Positions 26,697 to 37,333 of a DNA stretch of 63,798 nucleotides are shown one piece after another. The DNA lies in assembly GCA_964430575.1 (NCBI GenBank), contig CAYSFQ010000001.1:1-63798 (forward strand), given 5' to 3'. The notes beneath the pieces were generated by a model. It was not told the DNA's origin. It ran no database searches and saw nothing but the letters and a program-made list of their open reading frames with translations. Numbering within the stretch: position 1 is the first letter of the stretch; each line of letters begins with the position of its first letter. The position numbers and the translations under genes were made by a program. Source of the stretch: an uncultured Desulfobacteraceae bacterium (lineage in GTDB: Bacteria > Desulfobacterota > DSM-4660 > Desulfatiglandales > Desulfatiglandaceae).

Positions 26697-28915
26697 GGAG
26701 GGGGAAGACCTGACCCCACAATCGGTAGTTCAATCCTCAAAACAACATCCTCCCCGGCCCGAAAAACATCCACCTTTCCACCATGCCGGTGGATCACCAC
26801 CTTGGCCAGGGGCAAATCGTGAATGGTGGTTTCCGCTTTGCCGGTAAAACGGGGGAAAAAGAACTGGGTCAGGTCCTCGCTGGCCAGACCTTTTGCATCA
26901 TGCCGAATGGTAATCAACACATTCTCAGGCTCACTGCCGGTTCCAAGGAACAGCTCTTCTCCTTCCGGCATGTTAACGACCTCGTTTTTTAAAATACAAC
27001 CAAAAGCGCGTTTCAAGAAATCCTCGTCCCCCTGAATGCTCGGAATGGAAGGGGATAATGCGGTTTCAAGTTGAATATTCTTTTCGGTCATCCGGTCTGC
27101 CTCTTCCTTTACGGAGGACAAAATGATTTCATTGATATCCACGGTAACCATGTTGAGAGAAAAAGGCTTTATGGACGATAGAATGCTTTTCAGGATATCT
27201 TCCAGTCGCGCCACCTCGTCCACAATAATTTCTGCGAACATTTTCTGCTGTTCATTTTCCAAAAAGGCATCCTGCAACCGACGGGCGAACCCGCCCACCG
27301 TGGCCAACGGGTTCCTCATTTCGTGTGCAAATCGGGCGGATATCTCTCCCAAAAGGCGAACCTCCTCTGTGCGCAATGCTTTTTCCTGAAGCCGTTTGAG
27401 TTCGGTGATATCCACCATGATACCCTCGAACCAGCGGAGATTTCCAGATTCATCCCAGAAGGGAATGGCCTGATCCATAAATACGTGCCTGTGGCCCCGT
27501 TTGTCTTTCACCACCCTTTCCACGCGGAACCCTTGAGCATCTTTTTTCAAGACGTCCATTATTTCTTTACTTTCAGCCTTATCGTACCCCCAGACCTTTT
27601 TCTGCCAGAAAAACCGCTTTCCAATCATATCATCTGGATCAAAACCCAACGTGTCGATCAAATAGGGATTGATAAACTCAATGGTGCCATCACTCAAAAT
27701 CCGATAGACGCCGAGGGGCAGATTATCCACCAGGGTCCTGTATTTTTCTTCCGACGATACCAGGTCGGCGGTCCTTTCCTGAACGCGAATTTCAAGGGTC
27801 CTGGCATGCTCCTCAATCTGTAACCGTCGTTCATTAAGAGAATTGAGCATGGTATTGAGCGAATGACCCAGCACGCCGATTTCATCATTGGGACCGGGCT
27901 TCAGCCGTGTTTCCCGTTTTCCCTGTGCGATTTCCCCGGCGGCGGCAACAATTTCCTTGATGGGGCGTATAAAGAGAACAGCGACAATCCACACCAGAAA
28001 AAAAGAAACACAAATGCCCACCAGACCCACAACAATCATCAAGGTTTTTGTCTGCGACAATCGGTCGGTAATGGCCGAACGATTGACTTCAATTTCAACC
28101 AGGGCCACCACGTCGCCCCTGTAGTCTCTCAAAGGTCCCGCCAGCAGGGCAACATTTGGAAAGCGGGGGGGTGCAATGAAAATCCGGGTCTGCTCCATGG
28201 AACCGGGAGAAATTGATTTCGTTAAAGAGAATGCTTTTCCAGGTCCATTCGTGGATGTCAGCAGGGTATAAGCATTTTGACTCTTTTTTTCGTAAACCGC
28301 AAAATCAGGTCCCCAATGTTCTTTGAGATTCTGCAGGAAAGGGCGGCCAAAAGGATATCCGATTTCCAGACTTCCCAACAGCTTGCTGTCCCGGAATACC
28401 GGCACGACCCCACGAATTCCCAGACCCGTCAAACCCCATTCAAGGCCCATTTTTCCCTTGCCGCTTTTCAGAGCATCCATAATGCTGGTTCGATAGGCAA
28501 TCATTTCACCCGTTTGATCCGGCTGGTGAATCCGCAAATAGGATTTTCCAGGCAGAACATGAAAATGCAACTGACTGATACCGAAATCCTTTTTCAGTTC
28601 CTCAAACAAAGGGCTGACGTAATCCAGAAGTCCTTTTCGGTTTCTTTCCCACAACAGCTTCTTAATCATGGGATTTTCGGCAATAATGGTTGCCATGGAA
28701 AGGGCTTGTTCCCCTTTCTGGCGAACCGATGCCAGAAAAAGGTCGTAATAACGAAAAAGTTCTTTTTTTTCCTCTTCTTTGATAATTTCTTGTTGGGAGC
28801 TTAGGCCGATGTAGACCAGGGAGGTTGTCCCGGCAAAAGAAAAAAACAGGAAGGGAATCAGAAGCTTCCACTTCAAACTGATGCCCTGCACACGATTTAT
28901 GAAATCAGAAAACAT
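26693..28915 (-). CDS. Membrane sensor histidine kinase-like protein (Cache-HAMP-PAS-HisKA) with degenerate HATPase
   Basis: Two TMs flanking a Cache-like domain (LRIH, GLGIRGVVP), HAMP (DEIGVLG), PAS, H-box AHEMRNPL. Start moved to ATG 28915. Confidence 0.88.
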   Translation of the reverse strand: MFSDFINRVQGISLKWKLLIPFLFFSFAGTTSLVYIGLSSQQEIIKEEEKKELFRYYDLFLASVRQKGEQALSMATIIAENPMIKKLLWERNRKGLLDYVSPLFEELKKDFGISQLHFHVLPGKSYLRIHQPDQTGEMIAYRTSIMDALKSGKGKMGLEWGLTGLGIRGVVPVFRDSKLLGSLEIGYPFGRPFLQNLKEHWGPDFAVYEKKSQNAYTLLTSTNGPGKAFSLTKSISPGSMEQTRIFIAPPRFPNVALLAGPLRDYRGDVVALVEIEVNRSAITDRLSQTKTLMIVVGLVGICVSFFLVWIVAVLFIRPIKEIVAAAGEIAQGKRETRLKPGPNDEIGVLGHSLNTMLNSLNERRLQIEEHARTLEIRVQERTADLVSSEEKYRTLVDNLPLGVYRILSDGTIEFINPYLIDTLGFDPDDMIGKRFFWQKKVWGYDKAESKEIMDVLKKDAQGFRVERVVKDKRGHRHVFMDQAIPFWDESGNLRWFEGIMVDITELKRLQEKALRTEEVRLLGEISARFAHEMRNPLATVGGFARRLQDAFLENEQQKMFAEIIVDEVARLEDILKSILSSIKPFSLNMVTVDINEIILSSVKEEADRMTEKNIQLETALSPSIPSIQGDEDFLKRAFGCILKNEVVNMPEGEELFLGTGSEPENVLITIRHDAKGLASEDLTQFFFPRFTGKAETTIHDLPLAKVVIHRHGGKVDVFRAGEDVVLRIELPIVGSGLPPP

Positions 28916-28929
28916 AGCGCTCAATCCGA

Positions 28930-29661
28930 CTAAGGTAGCTGCATTTTGTTCATATCTTTCAGGATTCTTTTCTGGCGCCTCAGCACCCGGGCATTGGGTT
29001 TTATGGGGGACCAGCGATGGGGACTGGGCAGTACGGCGGCCAGGAGCGCTGCCTGGCCCCGGGACAGGCGGCCGGCGGAAACATGGAAATATGCTTCTGC
29101 GGCCGCACCAACGCCTCTGATCCCTTCGCCCCAATCCACGGTGTTGAGATATACTTCCAGAATTCGCTTCTTGGAGAGAAAGAGCTCAAGCAATACCGTG
29201 TAATATGCTTCAAGCCCTTTCCTGATCCAGGTCCTGGAAGGCCAGAGAAATACCGTCCTGGCCACCTGCATGGTGATGGTGCTGGCGCCACGGTACCCTT
29301 TTCCCGTGGCCATATCTTTGATTGCTTTGTTGAGCTCGATAAAATCAAATCCTTTATGGGTTAGAAAACGTTGATCTTCAGCTGCAAGGACCGCTTTTTT
29401 GATATGGGGCGACATCTGTTTAAATGAACGCCAGTAGCCGGATGTTTCCGGCGTTTTGGGGCTGAATCCCGAGAGTATGGATTTAAACGGTGTTATCAGG
29501 AACGAAGGGGGATCAATGGTTCGGAGGGAAAAAACCTGTAAGATGCTCATAAAAACCAGCACCACAAGCAAACCGCATCCCCACTTTATGATCCGATAAA
29601 ACCGCCTACGGCTCTTTTTCCCCGCTGATTTTTTTACGCCTGCCTTTTTACCGCGTCCCAT
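28930..29661 (-). CDS. mtgA: Monofunctional biosynthetic peptidoglycan transglycosylase
   Basis: AAEDQRFLTHKGFD, RGASTITMQ, RKGLE, KKRILEVYLN. Confidence 0.93.
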   Translation of the reverse strand: MGRGKKAGVKKSAGKKSRRRFYRIIKWGCGLLVVLVFMSILQVFSLRTIDPPSFLITPFKSILSGFSPKTPETSGYWRSFKQMSPHIKKAVLAAEDQRFLTHKGFDFIELNKAIKDMATGKGYRGASTITMQVARTVFLWPSRTWIRKGLEAYYTVLLELFLSKKRILEVYLNTVDWGEGIRGVGAAAEAYFHVSAGRLSRGQAALLAAVLPSPHRWSPIKPNARVLRRQKRILKDMNKMQLP

Positions 29662-30437
29662 GCCCCATTCATCTGTTCGGCGGTCGCTCTTTCCAGGGAA
29701 ACGCCGCTCTGGTTTAAATGCGTTTCCATTTGCTCAAAACGATTCAGGAATTTTCGGTTCGCCGATCTCAATAGATCTTCTGCGTTCATGCCCCAGTGCC
29801 TTGACAGATTGACCAGACTGAAAAAAAGGTCCCCCATCTCCTCCATTACCATTTGTTCATCCCCACGGCTGACAGCGCATTTCAGTTCCTCCACTTCCTC
29901 CAGGACCTTTTTCCAGACCTCCCCCCGGTCGGTCCAGTCGAAACCTATTTTGGCAGCTCTTTCGCTCAAGCGATGGGTCCTCAAAAGCGCCGGCAGTCCA
30001 TTGGGCACATGTCTCAGGGTAGCAGAAACGGGTTCAGGCGCATCCGCTTCTTCCCGCTTGATTCTGGCCCAGTTGGTGGCCACCTGATCGGCGGAATCCA
30101 CCGTTGTGTTCGAAAATACATGGGGGTGCCGGCGAATCATTTTAGCGGTTATTTTTTCCACCACCGCCACAAAATCGAATTCCCCATTTTCCTCTGCCAG
30201 GGCAGCCAGAAAAATGATTTGAAACAGCAGGTCTCCCAGTTCACCACAGGTTTCGGCTGATGATGCATTTTCAATGGCATCCAGCACCTCATAGGCTTCT
30301 TCAATCAGATAGACCTTAATGGTGTGATTGTCTTGCTTTGCATCCCACGGGCAACCATTCGGCCCGCGAAGCCGTCTGACCAGAGACAAAAGATCACCCA
30401 TGGCCCTGCCAAGCTTGTCGGTATTGATTTTTTTCAT
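29634..30437 (-). CDS. mazG: Nucleoside triphosphate pyrophosphohydrolase MazG
   Basis: GCPWD, EEAYE, ELGDLL, RRHPHVF, EEMGD, KF..RF. Confidence 0.95.
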   Translation of the reverse strand: MKKINTDKLGRAMGDLLSLVRRLRGPNGCPWDAKQDNHTIKVYLIEEAYEVLDAIENASSAETCGELGDLLFQIIFLAALAEENGEFDFVAVVEKITAKMIRRHPHVFSNTTVDSADQVATNWARIKREEADAPEPVSATLRHVPNGLPALLRTHRLSERAAKIGFDWTDRGEVWKKVLEEVEELKCAVSRGDEQMVMEEMGDLFFSLVNLSRHWGMNAEDLLRSANRKFLNRFEQMETHLNQSGVSLERATAEQMNGAWDAVKRQA

Positions 30438-30445
30438 TTATGCGC

Positions 30446-30985
30446 TCAAATTTTTCCCTTGACGGCCTCTTGGAAATTGTCTTTTTGTTTTTCAAATGAC
30501 TTTTTCAGTTTTTCATGAAAGCCCGGAGGGATGAGGCCGATCATGGTCTGATAGGAAGTGATGATGACAGGCGCCAGCCGCGATTGCGTGACAAGAGACG
30601 AATCCTGTGGAGCCAGAAAGGTTACCAGAACAATAATTAAATAACTGAGAAAAATGCCCTTCAAAAGGGCCAGACAGGCCCCCAGAACTCTATCGACCCA
30701 TCCCAGGAATATTTTTTGAAACAGTTTCTTGAACAACCATCCCAGCAGGTTGCACAGCACGAGGACAACCAGAAAGATCAGGGCAAATGCGGTCAGGGGA
30801 AGGTATTGACCCGGAGGAATAAAACTTTTTAGAAAAACAGCTACTTGGGGATGATAGGCATTGGCCAGCCAGATACCCAGCACAACCCCGGCCAGGGATC
30901 CGATTTCCCGGACAATCCCCCTGAAAATCCCTCGAATGAGGAAAAAAATCACTGCCGCAATAATGATGATATCCAGGATGTTCAT
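30446..30985 (-). CDS. cvpA: CvpA family membrane protein
   Basis: LDIII...RG..RG..RE and DRVLG motifs; hydrophobic. Confidence 0.88.
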   Translation of the reverse strand: MNILDIIIIAAVIFFLIRGIFRGIVREIGSLAGVVLGIWLANAYHPQVAVFLKSFIPPGQYLPLTAFALIFLVVLVLCNLLGWLFKKLFQKIFLGWVDRVLGACLALLKGIFLSYLIIVLVTFLAPQDSSLVTQSRLAPVIITSYQTMIGLIPPGFHEKLKKSFEKQKDNFQEAVKGKI

Positions 30986-30990
30986 GGTGA

Positions 30991-32574
30991 TTATTGACCG
31001 CCGGCAGGCTGATGTTCTTTCCTGAGCAGGTCGTTAACGGTTTTCACGGGGTTAAATGTAATGGCCGGTACTTCAACGAAGAGCGTAATCCAGTGGGCCA
31101 TGGATCCATTCCAGAGCCCCGGGTGCTCCAAAGCCTTGAGCTCCTTTCCATCTTTGGATTTCAGGGAAATAAAGACCGTATCCGGATCCACAAATTCCCG
31201 CAAATCAAACGGTTTACCCTGCCAGTCCCGAACCCCGCACACCAGGTCCACGGGATTGAAATGAGTGGCACCGGCCAGTATGGCCTGCTGCTCCTTGTCG
31301 TCTGGGTCAATCTGGGCTGTTTCAACGATCTGAAGTGATTTCTCGCCCGATTTGCCTTCTACCCAGAAAGGGCCACCGCCCGGTTCTCCCGTATTCTTTA
31401 CCATACCGCAGACACGAACGGGGCGATTGAGTTGGCGCATGATCCAGCGTCTCCTCTCTTCAGGACTGGCTGTTTCCACGGCGGGGGGCATGGCAACCAG
31501 GAGATCGTTTTCCAAAAAAGCGGCTGCCTTGTCCAGAACCCCTGAGGTTGTTGATTCTGTGGCAAGTTCTTTCATATAACGGGCGATCCGGTTCTGTATG
31601 GAAATCAGATAGCCCCCCGTAATCTTTTTCCATGCACTGGTTTCATTTTTGAGATAATCGGGAACAACGTTATCAATGTTCTTGATAAAAACAATGTCAC
31701 CCTGAAGATCATTCAGGTTTTCAAGCAGTGCTCCGTGGCCTCCCGGCCGAAACAGCAGTCGACCGTCCGCCAGGCGAAAGGGCCTGTTTTCCAGATCCAC
31801 CGCAAGGGTATCTGTAGAGGCTTTCTGCATGGAAAAACCTAACTCGTAGTGGATTCCAAACCGCTTTTCGTGAATGGGCCCAACCTTTTTCAAACAGGCC
31901 TGAAATCGTTTTAGATGTTCTGGGGAGACCGTAAAATGCAAGGGACAACGGTTTGCGGCATCACAGGCGTATGAAACCGCCTCCACCAGGTGTTCTTCAA
32001 ACGCGGTGCGGTTCCCTTCCGGATACCCGTGAAACAGGAGGAGTCCTTTGGGTAAAGCCGCATAGCCCAGGCCTTCTTCTTTTAACAGCAATGAAATGAT
32101 GTCTCTGAAAAGGCCTTTGCTCAGCAATTCTTCCATGGACAGGCCATTTTTGGTGAGAATCAATGACAGATCCTGAAAGAAAGCAAATCTGAAAATGCCC
32201 TCCATGAAAACCAACATCTGTTCTGCCGATGCCCCACCAGCTTGAGTATCCCGGTTCACCGTATTTTGTTCAATCTCCCCCGGCTGGTTCAAATAACCCA
32301 GAAGCACCTTGAACATTCTGGAGGCCGCTCCTGAAGCTGGGACGAACTTGGTAAAGGAACGATTCTGTTTTTCTTTCTCATAAAGTGTCGTAAGGGTTTT
32401 TCGCTCTTCGTGGTTGAAAACAGCGATCCCTTTTCCGGGAACACATGGTCCCGCAAGCTTTAGATATGGCCTGGCGGTTTTGAAAAGGGCCACCTGTCTT
32501 TCCGTCTCCTCCAGGGAGATTCCGTGCCCGTTTATCTGTTGAATATCCTTCTCGTTGAATAGATCCTCGTTCAT
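30991..32574 (-). CDS. DUF4301 family protein (nucleotidyltransferase-like)
   Basis: KFVPASGAASRMFK, LPKGL, RPGGHGAL, IKNIDNV, GEPGGGPF, THFNPVD, FNPVKTVNDLLR. Start moved to ATG 32574. Confidence 0.85.
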   Translation of the reverse strand: MNEDLFNEKDIQQINGHGISLEETERQVALFKTARPYLKLAGPCVPGKGIAVFNHEERKTLTTLYEKEKQNRSFTKFVPASGAASRMFKVLLGYLNQPGEIEQNTVNRDTQAGGASAEQMLVFMEGIFRFAFFQDLSLILTKNGLSMEELLSKGLFRDIISLLLKEEGLGYAALPKGLLLFHGYPEGNRTAFEEHLVEAVSYACDAANRCPLHFTVSPEHLKRFQACLKKVGPIHEKRFGIHYELGFSMQKASTDTLAVDLENRPFRLADGRLLFRPGGHGALLENLNDLQGDIVFIKNIDNVVPDYLKNETSAWKKITGGYLISIQNRIARYMKELATESTTSGVLDKAAAFLENDLLVAMPPAVETASPEERRRWIMRQLNRPVRVCGMVKNTGEPGGGPFWVEGKSGEKSLQIVETAQIDPDDKEQQAILAGATHFNPVDLVCGVRDWQGKPFDLREFVDPDTVFISLKSKDGKELKALEHPGLWNGSMAHWITLFVEVPAITFNPVKTVNDLLRKEHQPAGGQ

Positions 32575-32744
32575 ACCTTTTACCCCCTGCTGTATTGATA
32601 GGCAATCACTCACACCAAAATGCTGTGGGAGGAGCCCGAATGTCAACAAAAAAATCAAGGTGCTAACACATGAACAAGCGGGGCAAACAAGCCCTTTTAG
32701 AAAATGGCCCAAGAAATGAAGGATATGGCGATTTTCTATGGAAT

Positions 32745-32774
32745 TTGAAAAAATTATAACTATAATGATAAGAT
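32745..32774 (+). promoter_or_regulatory. Putative sigma70 promoter of the ftsH operon
   Basis: TTGAAA-N18-TAAGAT with extended TGn; also a perfect TATAAT at 32761-32766. Confidence 0.4.
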
Positions 32775-32868
32775 TGTGTGCTAAAAGCCCCGTCAGTGTT
32801 CGGGAAATATAATGTGATTGAGGGGGTTTTCAAATGATCGGCAGTCTTTTCATGGAGGTGACAGACTA

Positions 32869-34725
32869 TTGAATCCATTCTATAAAAATCTCGCCCTGTG
32901 GCTTGTCATTAGTTTAATGATGGTCATGCTGTTTCAAATGTTCAAACACCCTGACAGGAGCAAAGTCAACGTCAGTTACAGCGATTTTCTGAATATGGTG
33001 GATAGCGGGGGCGTAAACCAGGTTACCATTCAAGGGGAAAACATCACAGGTATGTCCGGCCAGGGGCCGTTTAAGACGTACGCGCCCAAAGATCCTGAAC
33101 TGATCAGCATGCTCAGAAGCAAAGGCGTTGCCATAACCGCCAAACCCATGGAAGAATCACCCTGGTTTCAGGTGTTTTTGTCCTGGGTACCCATGCTGTT
33201 GCTCATTGGCGTATGGATATTTTTCATGCGACAGATGCAGGCCGGCGGTGGAAAAGCCCTTTCATTTGGAAAAAGTCGCGCCAGACTCATGAGCGACGCG
33301 CAGGAAAAGGTTACCTTTGAAGATGTTGCAGGCATTGACGAAGCCAAGGAAGAGCTGGGAGAAATTGTGGACTTTCTCAGCGATCCCAAGAAATTCACCC
33401 GGCTGGGAGGCCGGATCCCGAAAGGCGTTCTTCTCGTGGGAGCCCCGGGTACGGGAAAAACCCTTCTGGCCCGTGCCATTGCGGGGGAAGCAGGCGTACC
33501 TTTTTTTACCATCAGCGGATCTGATTTCGTGGAAATGTTCGTGGGTGTGGGTGCTTCCCGGGTCAGGGATCTTTTCAACCAGGGAAAAAAGAATGCCCCA
33601 TGCATTATTTTTATCGATGAAATTGATGCCGTGGGACGACATCGCGGTGCGGGCTTAGGCGGCGGGCACGATGAACGGGAACAGACCCTGAATCAACTCC
33701 TGGTGGAAATGGACGGTTTTGAGTCCAACGAGGGGGTCATCCTCATCTCGGCCACAAACCGGCCGGACGTACTGGATCCGGCACTTTTGAGGCCCGGCCG
33801 TTTCGACCGGCAGGTGGTGGTGCCGGTTCCGGATTTAAAGGGTCGTGAAGGTATTTTGAAAGTCCACCTCAGAAAAAAAATGGTCGCCGATCATCTGGAT
33901 ACTTCCGTTCTGGCCAGAGGAACCCCGGGATTTACCGGTGCGGACATTGAAAATATGGTCAACGAAGCGGCCCTTATGGCGGCCAGGCGTGGCAAAGAAA
34001 AAATCGAGTTGGACGATTTTGAGGATGCCAAAGACAAAGTTCTGATGGGCGCTGAGCGAAAAAGTATGATCATCAGCGAGGAAGAAAAAAGGATTACCGC
34101 CTACCATGAGTCCGGGCATACCCTGGTGGCCAAGTTGCTTCCCGATACGGATCCGATCCACAAGGTAACGATCATCCCGAGGGGAAGGGCATTGGGCTTG
34201 ACCCAGCAACTTCCGGTGGATGAAAGACATACCTACCCAAAGGAACACCTGCTCAACAACATTGCCATATTAATGGGGGGTCGGGCCGCTGAAAAAATTA
34301 TTCTGGGAACAGAAACCACCGGGGCGGGGAACGATATTGAACGGGCTTCGGAGTTGGCCCGCAAGATGGTCTGCGATTTCGGCATGAGCGATGAACTGGG
34401 CCCGTTGAGCTTTGGGAAGAAAGACGAACAGATCTTTCTGGGCAGAGAGCTTTCTCAACATAGGGACTATGGTGAAGATACCGCCAAAAAGATCGATGAG
34501 GAAGTCAGGCGAATCGTTACGAACGGCTATGATAAAACCTGCCAGCTTATAGAAGACAATCTGGACACCATACATAACATGGCCAACGCTCTGCTGGAAA
34601 AGGAAACCTTAGACGGTAAGGACATTGATGAAATCATGGCCGGCGATAAGAAATGGGACCGCAAGAATACCCCGTCCGAAAACGAAGCTGATTCACAGGA
34701 AACGTCAACAGATTCCCAGGTGTAG
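32869..34725 (+). CDS. ftsH: ATP-dependent zinc metalloprotease FtsH
   Basis: Two TMs, [32 protein letters not shown] start after GGAGGT. Confidence 0.98.
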   Translation: MNPFYKNLALWLVISLMMVMLFQMFKHPDRSKVNVSYSDFLNMVDSGGVNQVTIQGENITGMSGQGPFKTYAPKDPELISMLRSKGVAITAKPMEESPWFQVFLSWVPMLLLIGVWIFFMRQMQAGGGKALSFGKSRARLMSDAQEKVTFEDVAGIDEAKEELGEIVDFLSDPKKFTRLGGRIPKGVLLVGAPGTGKTLLARAIAGEAGVPFFTISGSDFVEMFVGVGASRVRDLFNQGKKNAPCIIFIDEIDAVGRHRGAGLGGGHDEREQTLNQLLVEMDGFESNEGVILISATNRPDVLDPALLRPGRFDRQVVVPVPDLKGREGILKVHLRKKMVADHLDTSVLARGTPGFTGADIENMVNEAALMAARRGKEKIELDDFEDAKDKVLMGAERKSMIISEEEKRITAYHESGHTLVAKLLPDTDPIHKVTIIPRGRALGLTQQLPVDERHTYPKEHLLNNIAILMGGRAAEKIILGTETTGAGNDIERASELARKMVCDFGMSDELGPLSFGKKDEQIFLGRELSQHRDYGEDTAKKIDEEVRRIVTNGYDKTCQLIEDNLDTIHNMANALLEKETLDGKDIDEIMAGDKKWDRKNTPSENEADSQETSTDSQV

Positions 34726-34748
34726 TATTTCAGAGGCGCATAGATTTC

Positions 34749-35612
34749 ATGGATTTTTCTCTGAAATGGAATAAGTACTGCCTGGATCTGGGGGACAGAA
34801 CCCACCTCATGGGCGTTTTGAATGTTACCCCCGATTCATTTTCGGATGGTGGCAGATATTTCTCCGTGGCCGAGGCTGTGACGCACGGAATTGCCATGGC
34901 GCAGGACGGCGCCGACATCATCGACATCGGCGGCGAATCAACCCGCCCCTATTCCCGCAGACTCCCCGCTGACGAGGAGATGGCGCGCGTCATACCGGTC
35001 ATTCGTGCTTTGAGCAAGGAAATCCCTGTCCCCATTAGTATCGATACCTACAAGTCGGAGGTGGCTCTGGAAGCACTGAATGCCGGGGCTTCGATGATTA
35101 ATGATATCAGTGCGCTGCGGTTGGATCCCCATATGGCCACAGTGGCTGCGGAAGCCGACGTTCCCGTGATACTGATGCACATGCAGGGAACCCCCGAAAG
35201 TATGCAGCTTCACCCGGTGTATGATAATCTGATACAGGAAATAATGGACTTTCTCAAAGATGCCGTAGCGCGTTGCAAATCGGCCGGTATTAAAGAAAAC
35301 CGGGTCATTCTCGATCCCGGGATCGGTTTCGGTAAAACCTTTGATCACAATCTAAGTGTCATCCACCACCTTGAAAAATTTCAAGCACTCAAAAAACCGT
35401 TACTGGTCGGCCCTTCAAACAAGGCCTTTATCGGTCATATCCTGAACAGAGAGGCCCACGACAGAGATACGGGCACCATGGCTACGGTGGCCGCCTGTGT
35501 GATGAACGGCGCCCATATCATCAGGGCGCACAACGTTAAAATGGCTGCGGAAACCATCAAGGTTATTGACGCGATTCAAAGAGAGCGCGTGAGCGAGGGT
35601 GTTCTCGCTTGA
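34749..35612 (+). CDS. folP: Dihydropteroate synthase
   Basis: GVLNVTPDSFSDGG, IGGESTRP, SIDT, DPGIGFGK. Confidence 0.97.
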   Translation: MDFSLKWNKYCLDLGDRTHLMGVLNVTPDSFSDGGRYFSVAEAVTHGIAMAQDGADIIDIGGESTRPYSRRLPADEEMARVIPVIRALSKEIPVPISIDTYKSEVALEALNAGASMINDISALRLDPHMATVAAEADVPVILMHMQGTPESMQLHPVYDNLIQEIMDFLKDAVARCKSAGIKENRVILDPGIGFGKTFDHNLSVIHHLEKFQALKKPLLVGPSNKAFIGHILNREAHDRDTGTMATVAACVMNGAHIIRAHNVKMAAETIKVIDAIQRERVSEGVLA

Positions 35613-35623
35613 GGTGACATCAT

Positions 35624-36394
35624 ATGCTGTTCTGCATTGACATCGGAAATACAAACATTGTCCTGGGGGTAACCCGGAAAGATCAAATCCTTCATCACTG
35701 GAGAATCCGCACTGAAAAGGAGATTACAGCGGATGAACTGGGTATTCTGGTGGGGAATTTTTTCCAGTGGGAAGGCCTTGGCTTTAAAGATATCAAAAAC
35801 ACCATTGTATCCTGCGTGGTACCCCCCCTGCTCAACACGGTGGAAGATTTTGCGCGTCGTTATTTCCATGTGGAACCGGTTATTGTGGGACCGGGACTTA
35901 AAACCGGCATGCCCATCAAATACGATAACCCCAGGGAGGTGGGTGCTGACAGGATCGTCAATGCTGTTGCCGCCTATGAAAAATACAGGACGGCGTTGAT
36001 CGTGGTGGATTTTGGAACCGCCACAACCTTTGATTATATCTCCCGGGAGGGCGATTATATGGGGGGTGCCATCGCCCCGGGGGTCACCATCAGCTGCGAA
36101 GCCCTTTTCCAGGAGGCCTCAAAACTGCCGAGGGTGGAGATTTTTTCAAGACCGACTTCCGTGATTGCCAAGGATACCATCAGCAGCATGAATGCCGGCA
36201 TTATCTATGGTTATGCCGGATTGGTGGACGGTATTGTAAACCGCATGATACAAGAATCGGGGGAAGGTGCCAGAGTCATCGCCACGGGAGGTCTGGCGCC
36301 CCTGATCTCTGAAGTTTCGGAGACGATCCACGGTGTTGAAGAGTTCTTAACCCTGCATGGCCTGATCATTCTCTTCAACAAAAACGCCAGATAA
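35624..36394 (+). CDS. coaX: Type III pantothenate kinase
   Basis: [30 protein letters not shown]. Confidence 0.96.
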   Translation: MLFCIDIGNTNIVLGVTRKDQILHHWRIRTEKEITADELGILVGNFFQWEGLGFKDIKNTIVSCVVPPLLNTVEDFARRYFHVEPVIVGPGLKTGMPIKYDNPREVGADRIVNAVAAYEKYRTALIVVDFGTATTFDYISREGDYMGGAIAPGVTISCEALFQEASKLPRVEIFSRPTSVIAKDTISSMNAGIIYGYAGLVDGIVNRMIQESGEGARVIATGGLAPLISEVSETIHGVEEFLTLHGLIILFNKNAR

Positions 36395-36424
36395 CCCTCC
36401 TCCCACCTAAAAGGCCATCGAAGA

Positions 36425-37330
36425 GTGAATGCCATGATCAAACCGTCAAAACTGAAACCGGGCGATGTCGTGGGCGTTGTATCACCGGCCGGACCCGTCA
36501 ACCGGAATGAGTTGGATGCCGGCCTTCATTTCCTGAAAACCAAAGGGTATACCGTTCACGTGGCGCCTCATGTGTACGATCGGCAGGAATACCTGGCCGG
36601 TAATGACGAGGATCGCCTTTCGGATCTTCACGACATGTTCCGAAATACCGAAGTCAAAGCGATTTTCTGTTCCCGTGGCGGCTATGGCAGCCTGAGGTTG
36701 CTGGACCGGATTGATTACGACCTGATCCGGAAAAACCCGAAGGTCATTGTGGGTTACAGCGATATGACGGCGCTTTTGGCAGCCATTTTCAAAAAGACCG
36801 GTCTGATTACATTTCATGGCCCCATGGCGAAAGGTCTTCCATCACTCCCCGAAACGGCCTGGCAAACCTTGGTCCAAATGATTTCTTCCGAACAGCCGGC
36901 GTCATTCAGCCCCATGGAGGGTTATCCTCTTTGTGGCGGTAAAGCGACAGGACCCATCATGGGCGGCAATCTGTCCCTCATCTGCCGGCTTCCGGGAACC
37001 CCTTTTATGCCAAGCCTGGCGGGTTGCATCCTGTTTATTGAAGACAGGGGGGAGGCGCTTTATCGGCTGGATCGAATGCTCACTCATCTGACGCTTGCAG
37101 GGCGCCTTGAAGGGATAAAAGGCCTGATCACGGGTCAGTTTATAGACTGCGGAGAGCCGGCCGCCATTGACCGCCTCATAAAAGAGCGGTTTTCACCCAT
37201 GAATATCCCCATGGCCGCCGGATTTCCCCTGGGGCACGGCCCGGAAAATACAACCCTCCCCTTAGGCATTTTGGTCGAACTGGATACCGATGTCATGGCA
37301 CTCTCTCTTCTGGAATCAACTGTTGTTTGA
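36425..37330 (+). CDS. ldcA: LD-carboxypeptidase (peptidase S66)
   Basis: RGGYG, GYSD (catalytic Ser), GGNL, IEDRGE, GHG. Confidence 0.9.
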   Translation: MNAMIKPSKLKPGDVVGVVSPAGPVNRNELDAGLHFLKTKGYTVHVAPHVYDRQEYLAGNDEDRLSDLHDMFRNTEVKAIFCSRGGYGSLRLLDRIDYDLIRKNPKVIVGYSDMTALLAAIFKKTGLITFHGPMAKGLPSLPETAWQTLVQMISSEQPASFSPMEGYPLCGGKATGPIMGGNLSLICRLPGTPFMPSLAGCILFIEDRGEALYRLDRMLTHLTLAGRLEGIKGLITGQFIDCGEPAAIDRLIKERFSPMNIPMAAGFPLGHGPENTTLPLGILVELDTDVMALSLLESTVV

Positions 37331-37333
37331 ACC

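Noticed and set aside
28916-29134. N-terminal extension of the kinase ORF (similarly for MaoC, TetR, both right-arm ACADs, DUF4301, FtsH and ArgS)
   Set aside because: Extensions overlap neighbouring genes or intergenic DNA; downstream starts fit family N-termini and, in most cases, an RBS.
32641-32790. GTGCTAA half-sites upstream of ftsH as possible CIRCE
   Set aside because: No matching TTAGCAC arm at 9-bp spacing.
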